Shown: one piece after another, positions 1 through 12,790 of the stretch
Numbering within the stretch: position 1 is the stretch's first letter
Layout of the letters: every line of letters begins with the position of its first letter
DNA from: the human T2T-CHM13v2.0 reference genome, Homo sapiens
Length of the DNA stretch: 64,000 nt
Assembly: GCF_009914755.1 (NCBI RefSeq)
Contig: NC_060929.1
Direction: 5' to 3' (one strand)
Position numbers and translations under genes: made by a program
Notes under the pieces: generated by a model
Seen by the model: only the letters and a program-made list of their open reading frames with translations
Databases searched by the model: none
Told to the model about the DNA's origin: nothing

Positions 1-80
1 TGGATATTTCTTTCATACAAATGGAATCATAATATACGTGACCTTTTGTGTCTGGCTTCTTTCACTCAGCATAATGTTTA

Positions 81-409
81 CAGGGGTCCACAACCCCTGG
101 GCCGCCAATGGTACCGGTCTGAGGCCGTTTAGAAACCCGGCCGCACAGCAGGATGTGGGCAGTGGTGAGCCAGCATTAGAGCCTGAGCTCCGCCCTCCCA
201 TCAGCTCAGCCGCAGCCTTAGGTTCTCCTGGGAGCGCGAACTGTGCATGTGAGGGATCTGGGTTGTGTGTTCCTTATGAGAATCTAACTAATGCCTGATG
301 ATCTGAGGTAGAACAGTTTTATCCCTACAGCACACCTCGCACCCCAGCCCACGGAAACATTGTCTTCCACGAAACCAGTCCCGGGTGCCAAAAAAGCTGG
401 AGAGTGCTG
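81..409 (+). mobile_element. MER1B hAT-Charlie MITE
   Basis: Starts CAGGGGTCC, has internal ccttatgagaatctaactaatgcctgatgatctgagg, and ends aaaccagtcccgggtgccaaaaaagctggagagtgctg. Imperfect TSD atgttta/atgtttt. Confidence 0.85.
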
Positions 410-484
410 ATGTTTTCGAGGTCATTACCGTTGCATGTATCAGTACTTCATTTGCCTTATGACGGGATACTGGTCTGTTGTACG

Positions 485-901
485 TGTATTTTGCGTGTTT
501 TCTGGAGCTGCCAGAAACTGGTGTCTTAGACAACAGAAATCTATTGACTCATGGTTCTGGAGGCCAGAAGCCCCATATCAAGGTGCCAGCAGGGTGGGTT
601 TCTTCTGAGGATTCCATCCCAAGCCTCCCTCCAGCTTCGGGGTCTGCTGGAAGCGGCCTGTGGCAGCACAAGGTGGGTCTCCACACGACGCTCTCCCTGT
701 GTGTGCGTCTGTCTCCAGGTTTCTCTTGTTGTAAGAGCGCCAGTCATATTGCATTAGAAACTCATGCTCCTCTGGCATGATCTCATTTAATTAATGACAT
801 CTGCAAATACCCTATTTCCACATAAGGTCACATGCCAAGGTACTGGGGAGTAGGACTTTAACATAGGAGTGTCTTCGAGGGAGGCAAAATGTATTATGAC
901 A
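485..901 (-). mobile_element. MLT1 (MLT1C-like) MaLR solo LTR
   Basis: Antisense MLT1 motifs caacagaaatctattgactcatggttctggaggccagaag and catctgcaaataccctatttccacataaggtcacat. Confidence 0.75.
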
Positions 902-1141
902 TAAAGGATATACCACTTTGTGTTGATCCATTCATCAGCTGATGCACATTTAGGTTATCTTCACCTTTGAGCTACGGTGCATCATGTTGCTATGAACATT
1001 TGGGTAGCAGTATTTGTTTGAGTACTTGTTTTCACTTCTTTAGGGGTATATGCCTAGGGGTGGGATTACTGGATCACTTGCCAACTCTATATGCACTGTT
1101 TTACCATCCTACCAGAAATGTCTGAGGGTTCCGATTTCTCC

Positions 1142-1455
1142 TTCTTTTTTTTTTTTTTCTTTTATTCTTCTTTTGAGACAGAGTCTTGCTCTGTCACCCA
1201 GGCTGGAGTGCAATGCTGCAATCTCAGCTCACTGAAACCTCCGCCTCCCAGGTTCAAGCGATTCTCCTGCCTCAGCCTCCCAAGTAGCTGGGATTATAGG
1301 TGCCTGCTACTGCATCCGGCTAATTTTTGTATTTTTAGTAGAGATGCGGTTTGCCATGTTGGCCAGGCTGGTCTCAAATTCCTGACCTCAGGGTATCCAC
1401 CTGCCTTGGCCTTCCAAAGTGCTAGGATTACAGGCGTGAGCCACCATGCCTGGCC
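1142..1455 (-). mobile_element. AluS (Sx/Sz-like)
   Basis: Full-length antisense Alu with poly-T head. TSD about atttctcc on both sides. Confidence 0.95.
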
Positions 1456-1990
1456 AATTTCTCCCCATCTTTGCTAACACATATTATCTTTCATTGTTTT
1501 AAAAATATTCTAGTGAGTGTGAAGGGGTATCTCATGATGATGTTGGTATCATCGTGGATTTTAACCAGCAGATTCCTGGAGAGCATTCAGGTTGTCTCCA
1601 GACTTTGGCTGTTAGCACATTAGTGTAATGAAATCTTGGTACATTTGATATTGGGGATGATTTGTGAGCATTGTTTTAGGATAGAATCCTAGATGTGGAA
1701 TTGCTGAAGGATGTGTATTTGTATCTGAAAATTTGATAAATATTCCCAAATTGACAAACAATTTTAATAATTTATATTTCATAAAGTATTTAACAATGCA
1801 TTTTCAGTCTTTTGACAGTTCTGTCTTTCAATTCATTAAAATTCTTGCCAATAATAGTATAATATTTGTAAATTCCCTTTCTCCCTGCCCTTGCCTCTGC
1901 CTCTCTCTTTCTCTCTGCAAATGTGGCACAGTTCAAGCACAAGGTATCTGGAAGTTCATCATATATTCTTAATATATTAATACTTCCATT

Positions 1991-2740
1991 TATAAAATAT
2001 CATCAGTGAAGACAGATCATTTGACTTCTTTTTTTTCTATTTGGCTGACTTTAATTTTTTCTGTTGGTTGATTGCTCTGCCTAGGACTTCCAGTGCTACA
2101 CTGATAGGAGGTGGCGAGAGTGGCCATCCTTTTATTGTCCCAGTTCTCAAGGGCAATGGTTCTAGCTTTCGCCTATTCAGTATGATATTGGCTGTGGGTT
2201 TTTGCGAGATGGCTCTTATTGTTTTGAGATATATTCCTTTGATGCCTAGTTTGTTGAGGGTTTTTCTCATGAAGGAATATTGGATTTTTCTGGATCTATC
2301 GAGATGATCATGTGTTTTTTGCTTTTAATTCTGTTTATGTGGTGAATCACATTTATTACTTTGCATATGTCAAACCAGCTTTTCCCCCAGAAATAAAGCC
2401 TACTTGATCATAGTGTATTAACTTTTTGACATACTGCTGGATTCGGTTTGTTAGTCTTTTGTTGAGGATTTTTGCATCTATGTTTATCAGGATTATTGGC
2501 CTGAAGTTTTCTTTTCTTGTTGTGTCTCTGCCAGACTTTGGTATCAGGCTGATGCTGGCTTCATAGAATGATTTAGGGAGGAACCCCTCCTCCTTGAGTT
2601 TTTGGAATAGTTTCAGTACATTGCTAGAATTCAGCTGTGAATTCTTCTGGTTCAGGGCTTTTCTTATTTGGTAGGGTTTTTTAATTTATTATTACTGATT
2701 CCATTTCAGGACTTGTTATTGGTTTGTTTAGGTTTTCATG
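1991..2740 (-). mobile_element. L1PA15/16-L1PB ORF2 (RT-region) fragment, inverted
   Basis: Minus-strand ORF 2037-2270 reads [30 protein letters not shown]...[12 protein letters not shown], which is L1 reverse transcriptase sequence. Confidence 0.9.
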
Positions 2741-3640
2741 TTCTCAAAAGGAGACTTACAAGTGGCCAAGAAACGTATGAAAAATGCTCGTCACCACTAA
2801 TCATCAGGGAAATGCAAATCAAAACTACAATGATAGCGTCTAGCACCAGTCAGAATGGCTATTATTGAAAAGCCAAATAATAACAGATGCTGGTGAGGCT
2901 GCAGGAAAAAAGGAATGCTTATACACTGTCAGTGGGAGTGGAAATTAATTCAGCTACTGTGGAAAGCGGTTTGAAGATTTCTCAAAGATTTCTAAAAACA
3001 GAACTACCATTCAATGCAGCAATCCCATTACTGGGTGTATGCCCTCCCCCTCAGATAAATCGTTGTACCAAAAGGACACATCCCATTACTGGGTATATGC
3101 CCTCCTTCTCAGATAAATCTTTCTACCAAAAAGACCCATGCACTTGTGTGTTCATCACAATAGCAAAGACATGGAGTCAACCTAGGTGTCTATGAATGGT
3201 GGATTGGATAAAGAAAATTGGTACATATACACCATGGAATACTATGCAACCATAAAAAAATGAAAACACGTCCCTTGCAGCAACATGGATGTAGCTGGAA
3301 GACAGAATCCTAAGTGAATTAATGCAGGAACAGAAAACCAAATACCACACATTCTCACTTATATGTGGGAGCTGAACATTGAGTGCTCATGGATATAATG
3401 GTGGAAAAAAGAGACCCTGGAAAATGCTAGAGGTGGGAGAGATGGAAGGGGTTGTGGGTTGAACTACCTATTGGGTACTTTGTTCACCACCTGGGTGATA
3501 GGATCCATACCCCAAACCTCAACATCATGCAATGTACTCCTGTAACAAACCTGCATATGTACCTTTCATATGTACCTTTCAACCTCAAAAAACCTGCATA
3601 TGTACCTTTCAGCCTCTAAAAAGTTGAAATTATCTAAAAA
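2741..3640 (+). mobile_element. L1PA15/16-L1PB 3' end (ORF2 C-terminus and 3'UTR)
   Basis: Encodes IIREMQIKTTM and ELPFNAAIPLLG. 3'UTR accccaaacctcaacatcatgcaatgtactcctgtaacaaacctgcatatgtacc, then an A-rich end. Confidence 0.9.
3022..3137 (+). repeat. 58-bp tandem duplication inside L1
   Basis: atcccattactgggt(g/a)tatgccctcc...cagataaatc...taccaaaa..gac begins at 3022 and again at 3080. Confidence 0.9.
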
Positions 3641-4931
3641 GCTTCTGATGTCAAAATAACTATTTAATTAAAATAGAACCCCAAATGCTAATTTGTTTGT
3701 AAAAATTTGCTTTGATTTGATTGTTTCTGTTACTATTTTTACTGAACATCCTTTTATGTTTCATCTTCCTGTTTTATTTTCTCCTCTGTGATGACCTATT
3801 TTTATTTATATTTTGGGGGGATTATCCTGCTTTCTTTCTAGAGACCTGGGTGAAGTCTTGATATATTGGTGATCCTGACCTTTGCTTTTTTCGTCAGATA
3901 TAGTACTTTTTTCTCTAAGTTTTTCTCAGACACATCAAACTCATTCTAGTCTTTGGTTTTGCATTGCTATTCCATCTGCCTAGAAGCTATAGACTGATGG
4001 ATTTCTATTTTATCCAAAGGGCTACAATCTGTAACTAGTAGTATTTATTTTGACGAAATGTCCCAGGGTTGGCCAGCAAGACCCCCTTTAAGTTGGCTAC
4101 TGTGTCCTTTGGAGGGTTTCTATCCTTGTGGAAGAACCAATAGATCAGCAGAAGATACTGTGAGGTGGAAACACCTATGAGGCATCGGTCTAGGAGCCAA
4201 AGCCCTAGCCCTTTCCTGTCCACACACCCTCATTCCCAGTACCCAGAACAGTGCCTGGCTCTTAATACGTGTTTTGAAGGGATGATGACTAACTGAGTGA
4301 ATGAATGTGTGGACACCCCGCCTAGAAGATCATTCTCTCTTTTCCCAACTACTTATCTTTCCTGAGTGCCCCGCAGGTCTCTCACGTAGCCAAAGCCCTT
4401 TGTTGCAGGGCCCTCGTGTTTCTGGAACATGCCTCTGTTGTAACATAGTATTGCAATCTAGGCATCTTATTTTTTCTATATGATGAATATGAGACAAATT
4501 CCTGTGTCTTATTTATGTTTGCATTGCCAGTAAATGTTATACAGAACCTAGTATTACAGCCTCTAAAAGTATTTATTTTAGTTAGAAGACTCAAGAGACA
4601 GCAAGGATAGAATAAAAATAGATCATGCTGCCATGCTCTTCTTAGTGGATTTTGATGGCATCTAAGATCATGGCCATCTGATCAGCCTACCTGGGTTTCT
4701 GACAACACTGGCTCAGAAGAGGGCTGACAAAATTTACGGTGAAGATATTTCATCCTCCCCTGAGAACTTGTAAAGAGGCCATTTGCAGGAGGACCTGAGG
4801 AGCCTGTGAGTGGGAGCTCTTCCCAAGAGAAAAGAGAGTTAATCTAACACTTCCAGATTAATCTAATTGGCTCAACCCAATGCCAGGGCACTATAGTCAC
4901 AGAGGTTAGATCATTTTGAGAACTCTGGTGT

Positions 4932-5407
4932 TGAGGTAAGAGACTGGTAAGACTAATTTCCTGGTCCCTATGGGATAAAGTGAAAAAACCAGCAGAAATA
5001 AGCAGGTAGCAATGAAAGCTATCCCTAGTAGCCCTCATTGTTCATTAGCATAGGACACTCATATCAGCACCATGACAGTTTACAGGTGCCATGGCAACGA
5101 CCAGGAAGTTACTGTTCTTTTCCTAGCTAATTCTAAATAACCCACCCCTCAATTTGCAATAACCCCACCCTTAAATTGCATGTAGTTGAAAATGGGTATA
5201 AGTGGGTATAAATACAGTTGCCAAGAGCCCATACACTGCTGACTGTGGGAATAGTGACTATGTGTTAGCCCTGCTGTGCGAGGAGCAGTGCCATTCAATA
5301 AGATTGCTGTCTAATGTCACCGGCTCACCCTTGAATTCCTTTCCCTGGTGAAGCCAAGAACCTTCCTGGGCTATGCCTCAGTGTGGGGGCTTACCTGTCC
5401 TGCATCA
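4932..5407 (+). mobile_element. ERV1 solo LTR (MER66-like, MER4 group)
   Basis: TG...CA ends, ccatgacagtttacaggtgccatggcaacgaccaggaagtta core, TATA box at 5207-5214, and U5 end gaagccaagaaccttcctggg...cctgtcctgcatca. Confidence 0.75.
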
Positions 5408-6545
5408 GAATCTGTCACCTGATTTTTTTCTTCTGATGCAGCTAAAACCAATTCGCTTCGTTTGAACCCTGTGGAGGACATGGCTGATGATGAAAGTAAA
5501 AATAAAATCATCCGACTGCATTATCAGGTACCTCTACTTTGAAGCAGAAAGTCTGGTATTTTAGACTCATGCCGATGAAATGAAAATGAGGAAAAACAAA
5601 ACCAAACCAAACCCTAGAGAGTCGTGTTCCTTCTTATTGTAACTAACTTTTTGTTTCACCGTAATTCTTTATTGAACTTGAATAATACTTGAACAAGAGC
5701 AGTTTGGAATATTTGGCTTTTAATATCTTGCTCTATTTAGAGATCTCAAAATAAATGTTTGCAAAGGAGTCCCGCTGTCATTTCATAAACTGATGACTCC
5801 TTCATTAGAAAGGGCAATTTTACACTTGAGTTTCATTTTGGATATTCAGGTGCTAATATTGTGTATTCTGTTTGACAGTGTAAAATGCTCTTCTGTTCCA
5901 CCAGTGAAAAGGGCAGCTCTACAAAAAAAAAAAAAGTCTCTTTATTGCTTGTCTTGATATTGCTAGCTAGCTGAGGAGAATGCTAAAAGAAACAATTTCC
6001 CTCCCATTCCCTGTAGAAGACACCCTGTAGCTTTGACCCAGAAGCTTCAAGAACGTCAGAGGAGAAGATAGGAGCAGAAGAGCTCTGTGCAGGTGACCAG
6101 AAGAAAAAGACTGAAGCTCAACATGAAGCTAAGGAAGAAAACAAAAGCAAAAGCAAAACCCTGAGCAGGCATGGAGTGGCTTAGTCTTGCTGTCCTGTCT
6201 GAGTTCTGAACACATGTAATATCCCGTCACCAATTCCAGAAATACTTGAGAGATCTGAGATCCTGCCAGTGCCTCTGAATCACAGTGTTGTTGGGAAGGC
6301 AGCCTCTCCCGAACCCAGGGAAGCCTGGCACGCTATCAGCTAGATTATGTCATAGACATGCTATGGTTTTAGTAGTTGTGAATGTAATTTCTCTATTTCA
6401 TTTTGTAATTGGTTATTACTGGCAAAAGCAAAAATGCAACTGATTTTTATATGTTTATATTTTATATAGCAATCTTGCTGAACTATCATTTCCCAGCCTT
6501 CTTGGCAAGAAAAACCATTGTGCTTGATGGGTAATGCTTTTTTGT

Positions 6546-6622
6546 TAGTATTATTGTAGCTATGCCTTTCTATTCTTTGGTAGTATTATCATAGTATTAT
6601 TGTAGCTATGCCTTTCTATTCT
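6546..6622. repeat. ~31-bp direct duplication
   Basis: tagtattattgtagctatgcctttctattct occurs at about 6546 and about 6592. Confidence 0.85.
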
Positions 6623-7379
6623 CTTAGTCATTACCCTTAATTTTATCTATCAGCCTAACAATAAGTAGATATTGATTATTTCTGCCCTGGTTGTGGTCTT
6701 ATCCAATAAACTGTACATAGGCTGTGGCTGGTGACATTCCATTGTGGGTAGTTCTGCAGAGAAACCAATTCTGTGATTCAGGAGGGCTGGGAGACTCTCT
6801 GAAGTGATACCCTGGAGCCAGGGAGGTAGGGTTTCCCCCATCCGTCCTGGGACAGAAAGGCACAGCTGAGGGCCTTTGGTTGCTTGGTGACCATCCTCAT
6901 TATGGATGCAAGAGAGGCAGAAGAAACTGTATAGGGAGCTGAGATTTCATTTATTTCAGCTACTGGCAGGTGCCAAGGGTCATGCTGTCAGAGGCAGGGC
7001 TGATATGCAGAGAGTGCAGGACATGAGAATATGCACAGGGCAATGGGGTGCAGGTGCCAGGGACTCAGTGACTGGGTGGGTGCAGGGAAGGGATGGGTGC
7101 AGGGGTACAGGACTGCATGGACCACTTCAGGCTTGGCCCTGGGCTCTCCAGCACCCATACACAGAGCACGTGTATCTCCAAGACAGGGAATCAATTAGTA
7201 TTAATTATCTTCTTTGCACTAGGCATTGCTTTTATTAAAATCTTGTAAATCGATAACATCAACACAAAAGGAGTGCAAATGATCCTTACCCCTATTCCCA
7301 CAGCAGTTGTTTATATTTTAAATCTAACAGAACCTTAAAAATATGTATTTAAAAAGGTGAATTTCTTTGCATAGCTCTT

Positions 7380-9130
7380 ATGAGAAAACAGAGTGGTTTC
7401 TACAATTTATTGAGAAAATCGTTGGGCTTTTGTCCTTTAACCTGTTAATGCTGAGAATAACGTGTATAGACTTTCTAATATTAAATCCTATTTCTATTCC
7501 TGCAATAAGTGCAATGTAGACACTGGGATTACCATTTTTTATATACACTGTTGGATTCAGTTTGCCAATATTTTATTTAAAGGATATTGAAACAGTGTTC
7601 AGGAGTGAGTCTGACCTGTAATATTTTTTTCCTTTTGTTGTTTGCTTTTCTTTCATGTGCTATTTTTGTTTGGCTTGAGTATCGAGGCATACTGATCTCA
7701 TAGAAAGGTTTGGAATATTTTTCCTTCCTATGCACTGGGAGAATTTGTATAAGGTTAAAACTTTGGTATAAGTGTCCTATAAAACCATGACAGCTTGGTA
7801 TTTTTCTCTGTAGGAAGATTTTTAACTGATGCCTCAAAATATTTGCTAGTTCTAATGTTATTCACAATTTTCTGTAGATTCAGTTTTGCTAAGTTATATT
7901 TTCTAGAATGTCTTCATTTTGTTTAAGTTTTCAGATTGACTAGCAAAACGTTATTCGTGTCATATTTTCACTTTTGCTTTATCTGCAGTCACGTCTACTT
8001 CCATTCCTAGTATTGCTTATTTTGCCCTTTTATTCTCCTGATCAATTTTACTAGACATTTGTCTATTGCATTAACCTTTTCAAAGTGCCAAGTTTTGGTT
8101 CTATTTCTCTACTGAATATTTATTTAATTGATTTCCAGTCCCCTTTATTATCTCCTTACATTTACTTTATTTGGGTCTATGCAATGATTCACTTTCTAAC
8201 TTTTTAAGCTGTATGCTTAACTCATTAATATTTAGAGTTTCTTCTTTTAAATAAAAGAGTGTAAGGCTAAAATAGTCCCTGTAAGTGTTAGTTTATTTGC
8301 ATCTCACAAGTTTTAATGTAGTATTTTCATTATCATTAAATATTTCTAAATTTCCATTTCAATTTCTTCTTTGTCTTATGAATAATTTAAAAGTGGGTCT
8401 TTTATTTTCAAATAGGTAGAGGACTTTCACTTTCCTTTCTCTTACTGATCTCTAACTTAATTCCATCATAGTCACACAATATAATCTGTAGGATACAAAT
8501 TATTTGAAATCGTTGAGACTTGTCTTACATTTTCCAACATGGCCAATTTTGGTAAATGTCTCGTGTGTGTTTCTGAGACCAATGTGATTCCACAATTGTT
8601 GGATGCAGAATTCTATATATGTCCATTAAATCATGCTGATGATGTGGCTCAAAACTTCTATAGCTTTGATAATTTTTCCTGTTTGACATACCGTAATTGA
8701 GAAGGTGTTGAAAGATCACACTAGGATGATACATTGTTCATTTTCTCCCTATATATCTGTCAATATTTAATTCAGGTATTTAGTAACTGTTGACAGACTT
8801 CCCAGAGGTTTAAAATTGTTAAATTCTATTATTGAATTATTTTTAGAAATCATTTTTTAGTGACTCTCTATGATTAAAATTCTTTGTGCCTTAAAGTTTT
8901 TTAACTGATATTAATACAGTGATCTCAGTTTTCTTTTGATTAGCATTTGCCAAATGTACTTTTCTTTTTTTTTCTTTTTTACTTTAATGCTCTTTGTGCC
9001 TGTAAGTGCAAATGTATCTCTTACATATAGCATACAATTGGATTTTTTAAAAAATCTAATCTGGTGATCTTTAATTTTCACTGTTGGGTTTAGTCCATTT
9101 ATTTTAACTCTATTCAAATATCTGGACTTG
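7380..9130 (-). mobile_element. Ancient L1M ORF2 endonuclease-region remnant
   Basis: Minus-strand translations NGLNPTVK...CMLYVRDT and DLMDIYRILHPT resemble the L1 endonuclease. T-rich plus strand. Confidence 0.8.
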
Positions 9131-9139
9131 CTTCTCTGT

Positions 9140-9225
9140 CATCTTAAAATTGAAAATACTTTTAAATAAGGAGCCTTGTGATTTCATTTTGCATTGAGCC
9201 TCACAAATTTTGTAGCTGTCCCTGC
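9140..9225. mobile_element. MER91-like hAT MITE fragment
   Basis: tttcattttgcattgagcctcacaaattttgtagctgtccctg resembles the MER91 terminus. Confidence 0.5.
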
Positions 9226-9379
9226 AGGAGGGGAGCGTGCTGGCTGTGCAGGGGAGGCCAGCACCAAGCCTGGGAGGTGGACGTTACCTGGGTGAGTTGG
9301 AATGGATTCTGAGTTCCTGGGCATTTTCTTTCCTGCTGATGATCTGATTCTCTTCCTATGCCATAGTTTCTTTAAGAAC

Positions 9380-9610
9380 TGAATTTATAGAACATTCATT
9401 ATAGGCTAGGTGTTGTGCAAACAGGCATTTAATTCTCACAATAACACTATGGGCAGAATTATTAGCCTCTATATAAATGGGGTATAATAATTTCCCAGGC
9501 TTATAAAGCTTTATAGCCAAGGAAATGGAAGCTCGGAAGTTATGTAACTTGCAGAAATTTAACCCCGGCCAATGGCAGGACCCAGATCCAACCTCAGGCA
9601 TGTGTCACAG
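9380..9610 (-). mobile_element. MIR
   Basis: catttaattctcacaataacactatg ... ggaaatggaagctcggaagttatgtaacttgc. Confidence 0.6.
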
Positions 9611-11231
9611 TGACATTCTTCAACCCCTTCCAACTGACAGCTTGTTTTCTGACCTGGGTTTAGCAAAATGCTTGTTCCAGAATTGGTTTCCTGATGATCC
9701 CAATCTCCCCTTGCCTTCCCGTGTGCTGTGTTTGTTTCTCCAGAAGTCCTATCCTCCATTTTTGTTTTCAGGTGTGATACCATCCAATGCCAATGACCCC
9801 AGCCACTGTGTTCAGGTAGAAAGGCATGACTCCCTGCGCCATTAGGATTTCTGGAGCTGCGTCGGCCTGTTGCACCTGGCTGCCTGCCTCCATCTACAGG
9901 GTCATAGCTTGGCACTGGTACTTTACTGAACCACCCAACTGTTTACTGGAGGTTCCCTTGCTCCTTTCTGGGATGGCCCAGGTCTTTGCTCTACCTCAAC
10001 CTCCTTGCTCTATTCAACAACGTTTGACTGGATGGACCTATAGAACAAGATTAATGCGTTTTGTTTTTGTCTCCCAAATTCTAGCCCAGATTGAAGGACC
10101 TGCTGCTTTGAAGGATGTTGGTTTAGCTTCCAAATTATTATTGTTATTGGCCTCCTCCTTCTGTTTTAATTTTACAGTTAGACTCCTTTTCTACTTTTCA
10201 CCTGGGTACGTAGAGTGCCCATCCTTTTGGCCTATTGAAACACTGGGGTCATGAAATCTTTTGACAGTCCACTAAAAAATATTATCTCCCCTTTCCCAGT
10301 CCCCCTTATCTCATTCTACTCTGCTGTCTCAATCTGGAGTCAGCTCAGCCTCCACCCAGGAGCACAACCCTGAAGAAGACAGACAGAGGGCATGTGCACA
10401 CATCTACACAATGCACACAGTTCATTTCCTCCTCCAACTGAATCCCTGCACTGCTGTTCCACACTCGTTCCCTCACTGACCCCTTAACAGAAATTCCTAC
10501 TGACCTGTCCTGTGGGCAGAATTACCTTTCAGCACCCACCCACTGCTGTCAAACCACCACAGCCCTGCTCCTTTACGGCCCTACGTAAACCAAGTGGTTA
10601 TTTCACTTCTGATGTCCTTCTATGATGATGACCGTGCTATTACACTGTAAACTCCAGGAGGGGAGAAACTATGATTTCCAGTTCTTTAGAATAACTGTAG
10701 AAACTGGTGTATCACTTGTGCTTAGTAAATGCTTTTGTGGGTGAATCTTAACTATTCAGTTAGAAAATCTTACAAAGCCTGACGCTGTCTCAGCTGCAAA
10801 AAAAAAAAAAAAAAAAAAGCCGTGAGTTCTGCACAGTTACAAATTACGTTTCAAACCAGCTCTGCATGTTATTAAAGCATAGAGAATGCTGTTTTAGTCA
10901 GTTGTATTATATGCGTTTGTATATAAATTCACAGGCTCTTGGTGTGTGTTTCATAAACTATTGTTTTTACACCTATGTGCTTGACTCTTTGTTAATATTT
11001 TATTCAACCTGTTATAAAAGTAAAACTAAACAGTTGTTATGACCATGTTCTAAAGTATCCTTCTCTTGAATAAATACTTTCCATATTGTGCATATTGTGT
11101 AGACTACAGTTGTAATATAAAATGTTACTACTTTTATTTTTATGTGTGCTAAGCAATTTGGTGTTTGGAATCTCTTGAATTTCTCTTTTCAGTAAAATTC
11201 TCCTGGTAATGCATTTGGAACAGGAATTTCA

Positions 11232-11464
11232 TTATTATTTATTTACTTATTTATTTAGAGACAGAGTCTCACTCTGTTCAGCCTCCCAAGCAGTAGCTGG
11301 GATTACATGTGTGTGTTACCATGCCCGGCTAATTTTTGTATTTTTAGTAGAGAGGGGATTTCACCATGTTGGCCAGGCTGGTCTTGAACTCTCTACCTCA
11401 GGTGATCTGCCTGCCTCGGTCTCCCAAAGTGCTGGGATTACAGGTGTGAGCCACCACACCCAGC
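11232..11464 (-). mobile_element. AluS with an internal deletion in the right arm
   Basis: gagacagagtctcactctgt joins directly to tcagcctcccaag, so about 70 bp are missing. TSD ggaattt(c/t)attatt. Confidence 0.9.
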
Positions 11465-12469
11465 ATGGAATTTTATTATTTTTATACTTTTCTTCTCCTT
11501 ATGTTGTTTCTGAATTCCTTAATTCTTTTTCCTGTTCCATGTCAGGTTTTCAACTTCTGCCGGTAATAAAGCATGTTAATTCTTCCTAATGTGGACCATC
11601 CCGACATTGGTAAGCTAACTTGGCCATCCTCATGGACTGTGTCACTTTTTAGCCTTCTTTTCTTATTTGTACCTTTTAAATACTTTTTGATGGTCGTCTG
11701 CATTCCACTCATATCCTGCATTGAAAGTGAATAGGGTTTACCATAATATATGCTAAAGGAGAAACATTTGTTCTCTTCCATTAATATGCTATATATTTTA
11801 AGCATTAGGATTACAGATACCTTTAAAATACAGTATTATTTTTTAATATAATGACAGGCTTAGCTGGTTCTCTTGCAAAGATTAGGAATCAGGTTACTTT
11901 CTTTTTGTAGCTTCTAAAACAATTTTATTTTTCATCCTTCTTGAGACTCCATTTTTTAAAAATCTAGGGACATCGAGCCACTGTAACAAAAATAAAATCA
12001 ATTGGTGACCAAGTATAAGTCCCTTAATGAGACTATTTTAGACTTTTTTTCTGAAAACTAAAACTACAGAAGTATAAGATACAGTTTAATTAGGGAAGAG
12101 GAAAATATAATTGTACTCAATAGGAGGCAATGAATAATTACAATTTGAGCTTCAGCTTCATCGAATAGTTAGTACAGGCCAGAGACCAGAGGGATTGGCA
12201 AAGGCGTATGGGAACTACTGGGAGTAGGAGTGGGCACCAGGCTGTCATCAGGAACATGGAATTCTGTCTCCAAGGAGAAGCAGATTCAGAACAAGAAAGG
12301 TCAGCCTCCTGGGAGGAAGCAACTGGGGCTGGAAGGGGTGCTGCCTCTTCCTCTTCCCTGGCCTGTCCCCCAGGCTGCCTCTGTCCCAGCAGAGAGACTC
12401 TGAAGGCAGAAAGGGTGAGATAGCTACTGTTGGAGAGGAGTAGAGCTGCATGCTAGTTAAAGGCAGTAA

Positions 12470-12790
12470 AGACAAATTTCACTTGGTGTCATGGCAGTAG
12501 GGAGAGAGGCTTCCGTTAAACTGAGCTTACCTCGAGATACAGCGAAGCCAGCTAAAGACTGATGGCCAAGGAGAAGAGGGAGGGGTCAGTGGGTGGCAAA
12601 TTACTAAGAGGAGACCTCAACAGCAGGGATTCTTGCTAAAGGTGGACCAAGGACTTAGGCATCAAGGGTGGGAGATGAGGAACTTGATCAGATATCAAGG
12701 GCATGGGGATTCTCTCTAATCTGCCTTAGTGGGATTCTTGCTAAAATTGAGCCAGGCAGCCCGAGGCTGGGTCCACCAGTGGACCAGAAA
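12470..12790 (-). mobile_element. Old LTR fragment (ERVL-type, family uncertain)
   Basis: Repeated gggattcttgctaaa and atcaagggtggga/atcaagggcatgggg motifs typical of old ERVL LTRs. Confidence 0.4.

Larger units (their letters stand above)
1..1540 (-). mobile_element. Old L1 (L1MB-like) 3' region, interrupted by MER1B, MLT1 and Alu
   Basis: Antisense L1M 3'UTR text (gaatcataatatacgtgaccttttgtgtctggcttctttcactcagcataatg; gggtatatgcctaggggtgggattactggatc) resumes colinearly after each insertion. Confidence 0.8.

Noticed and set aside
1091-1477. 128-aa ORF and similar ORFs at 11209, 20875, 39202 and 55442
   Set aside because: These are translations of Alu sequence, not genes.
10774-10825. Orphan poly-A run with aaagcc on both sides (possible tiny retro-insertion)
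   Set aside because: The flank match is too short to call a TSD; a simple mononucleotide run is more likely.
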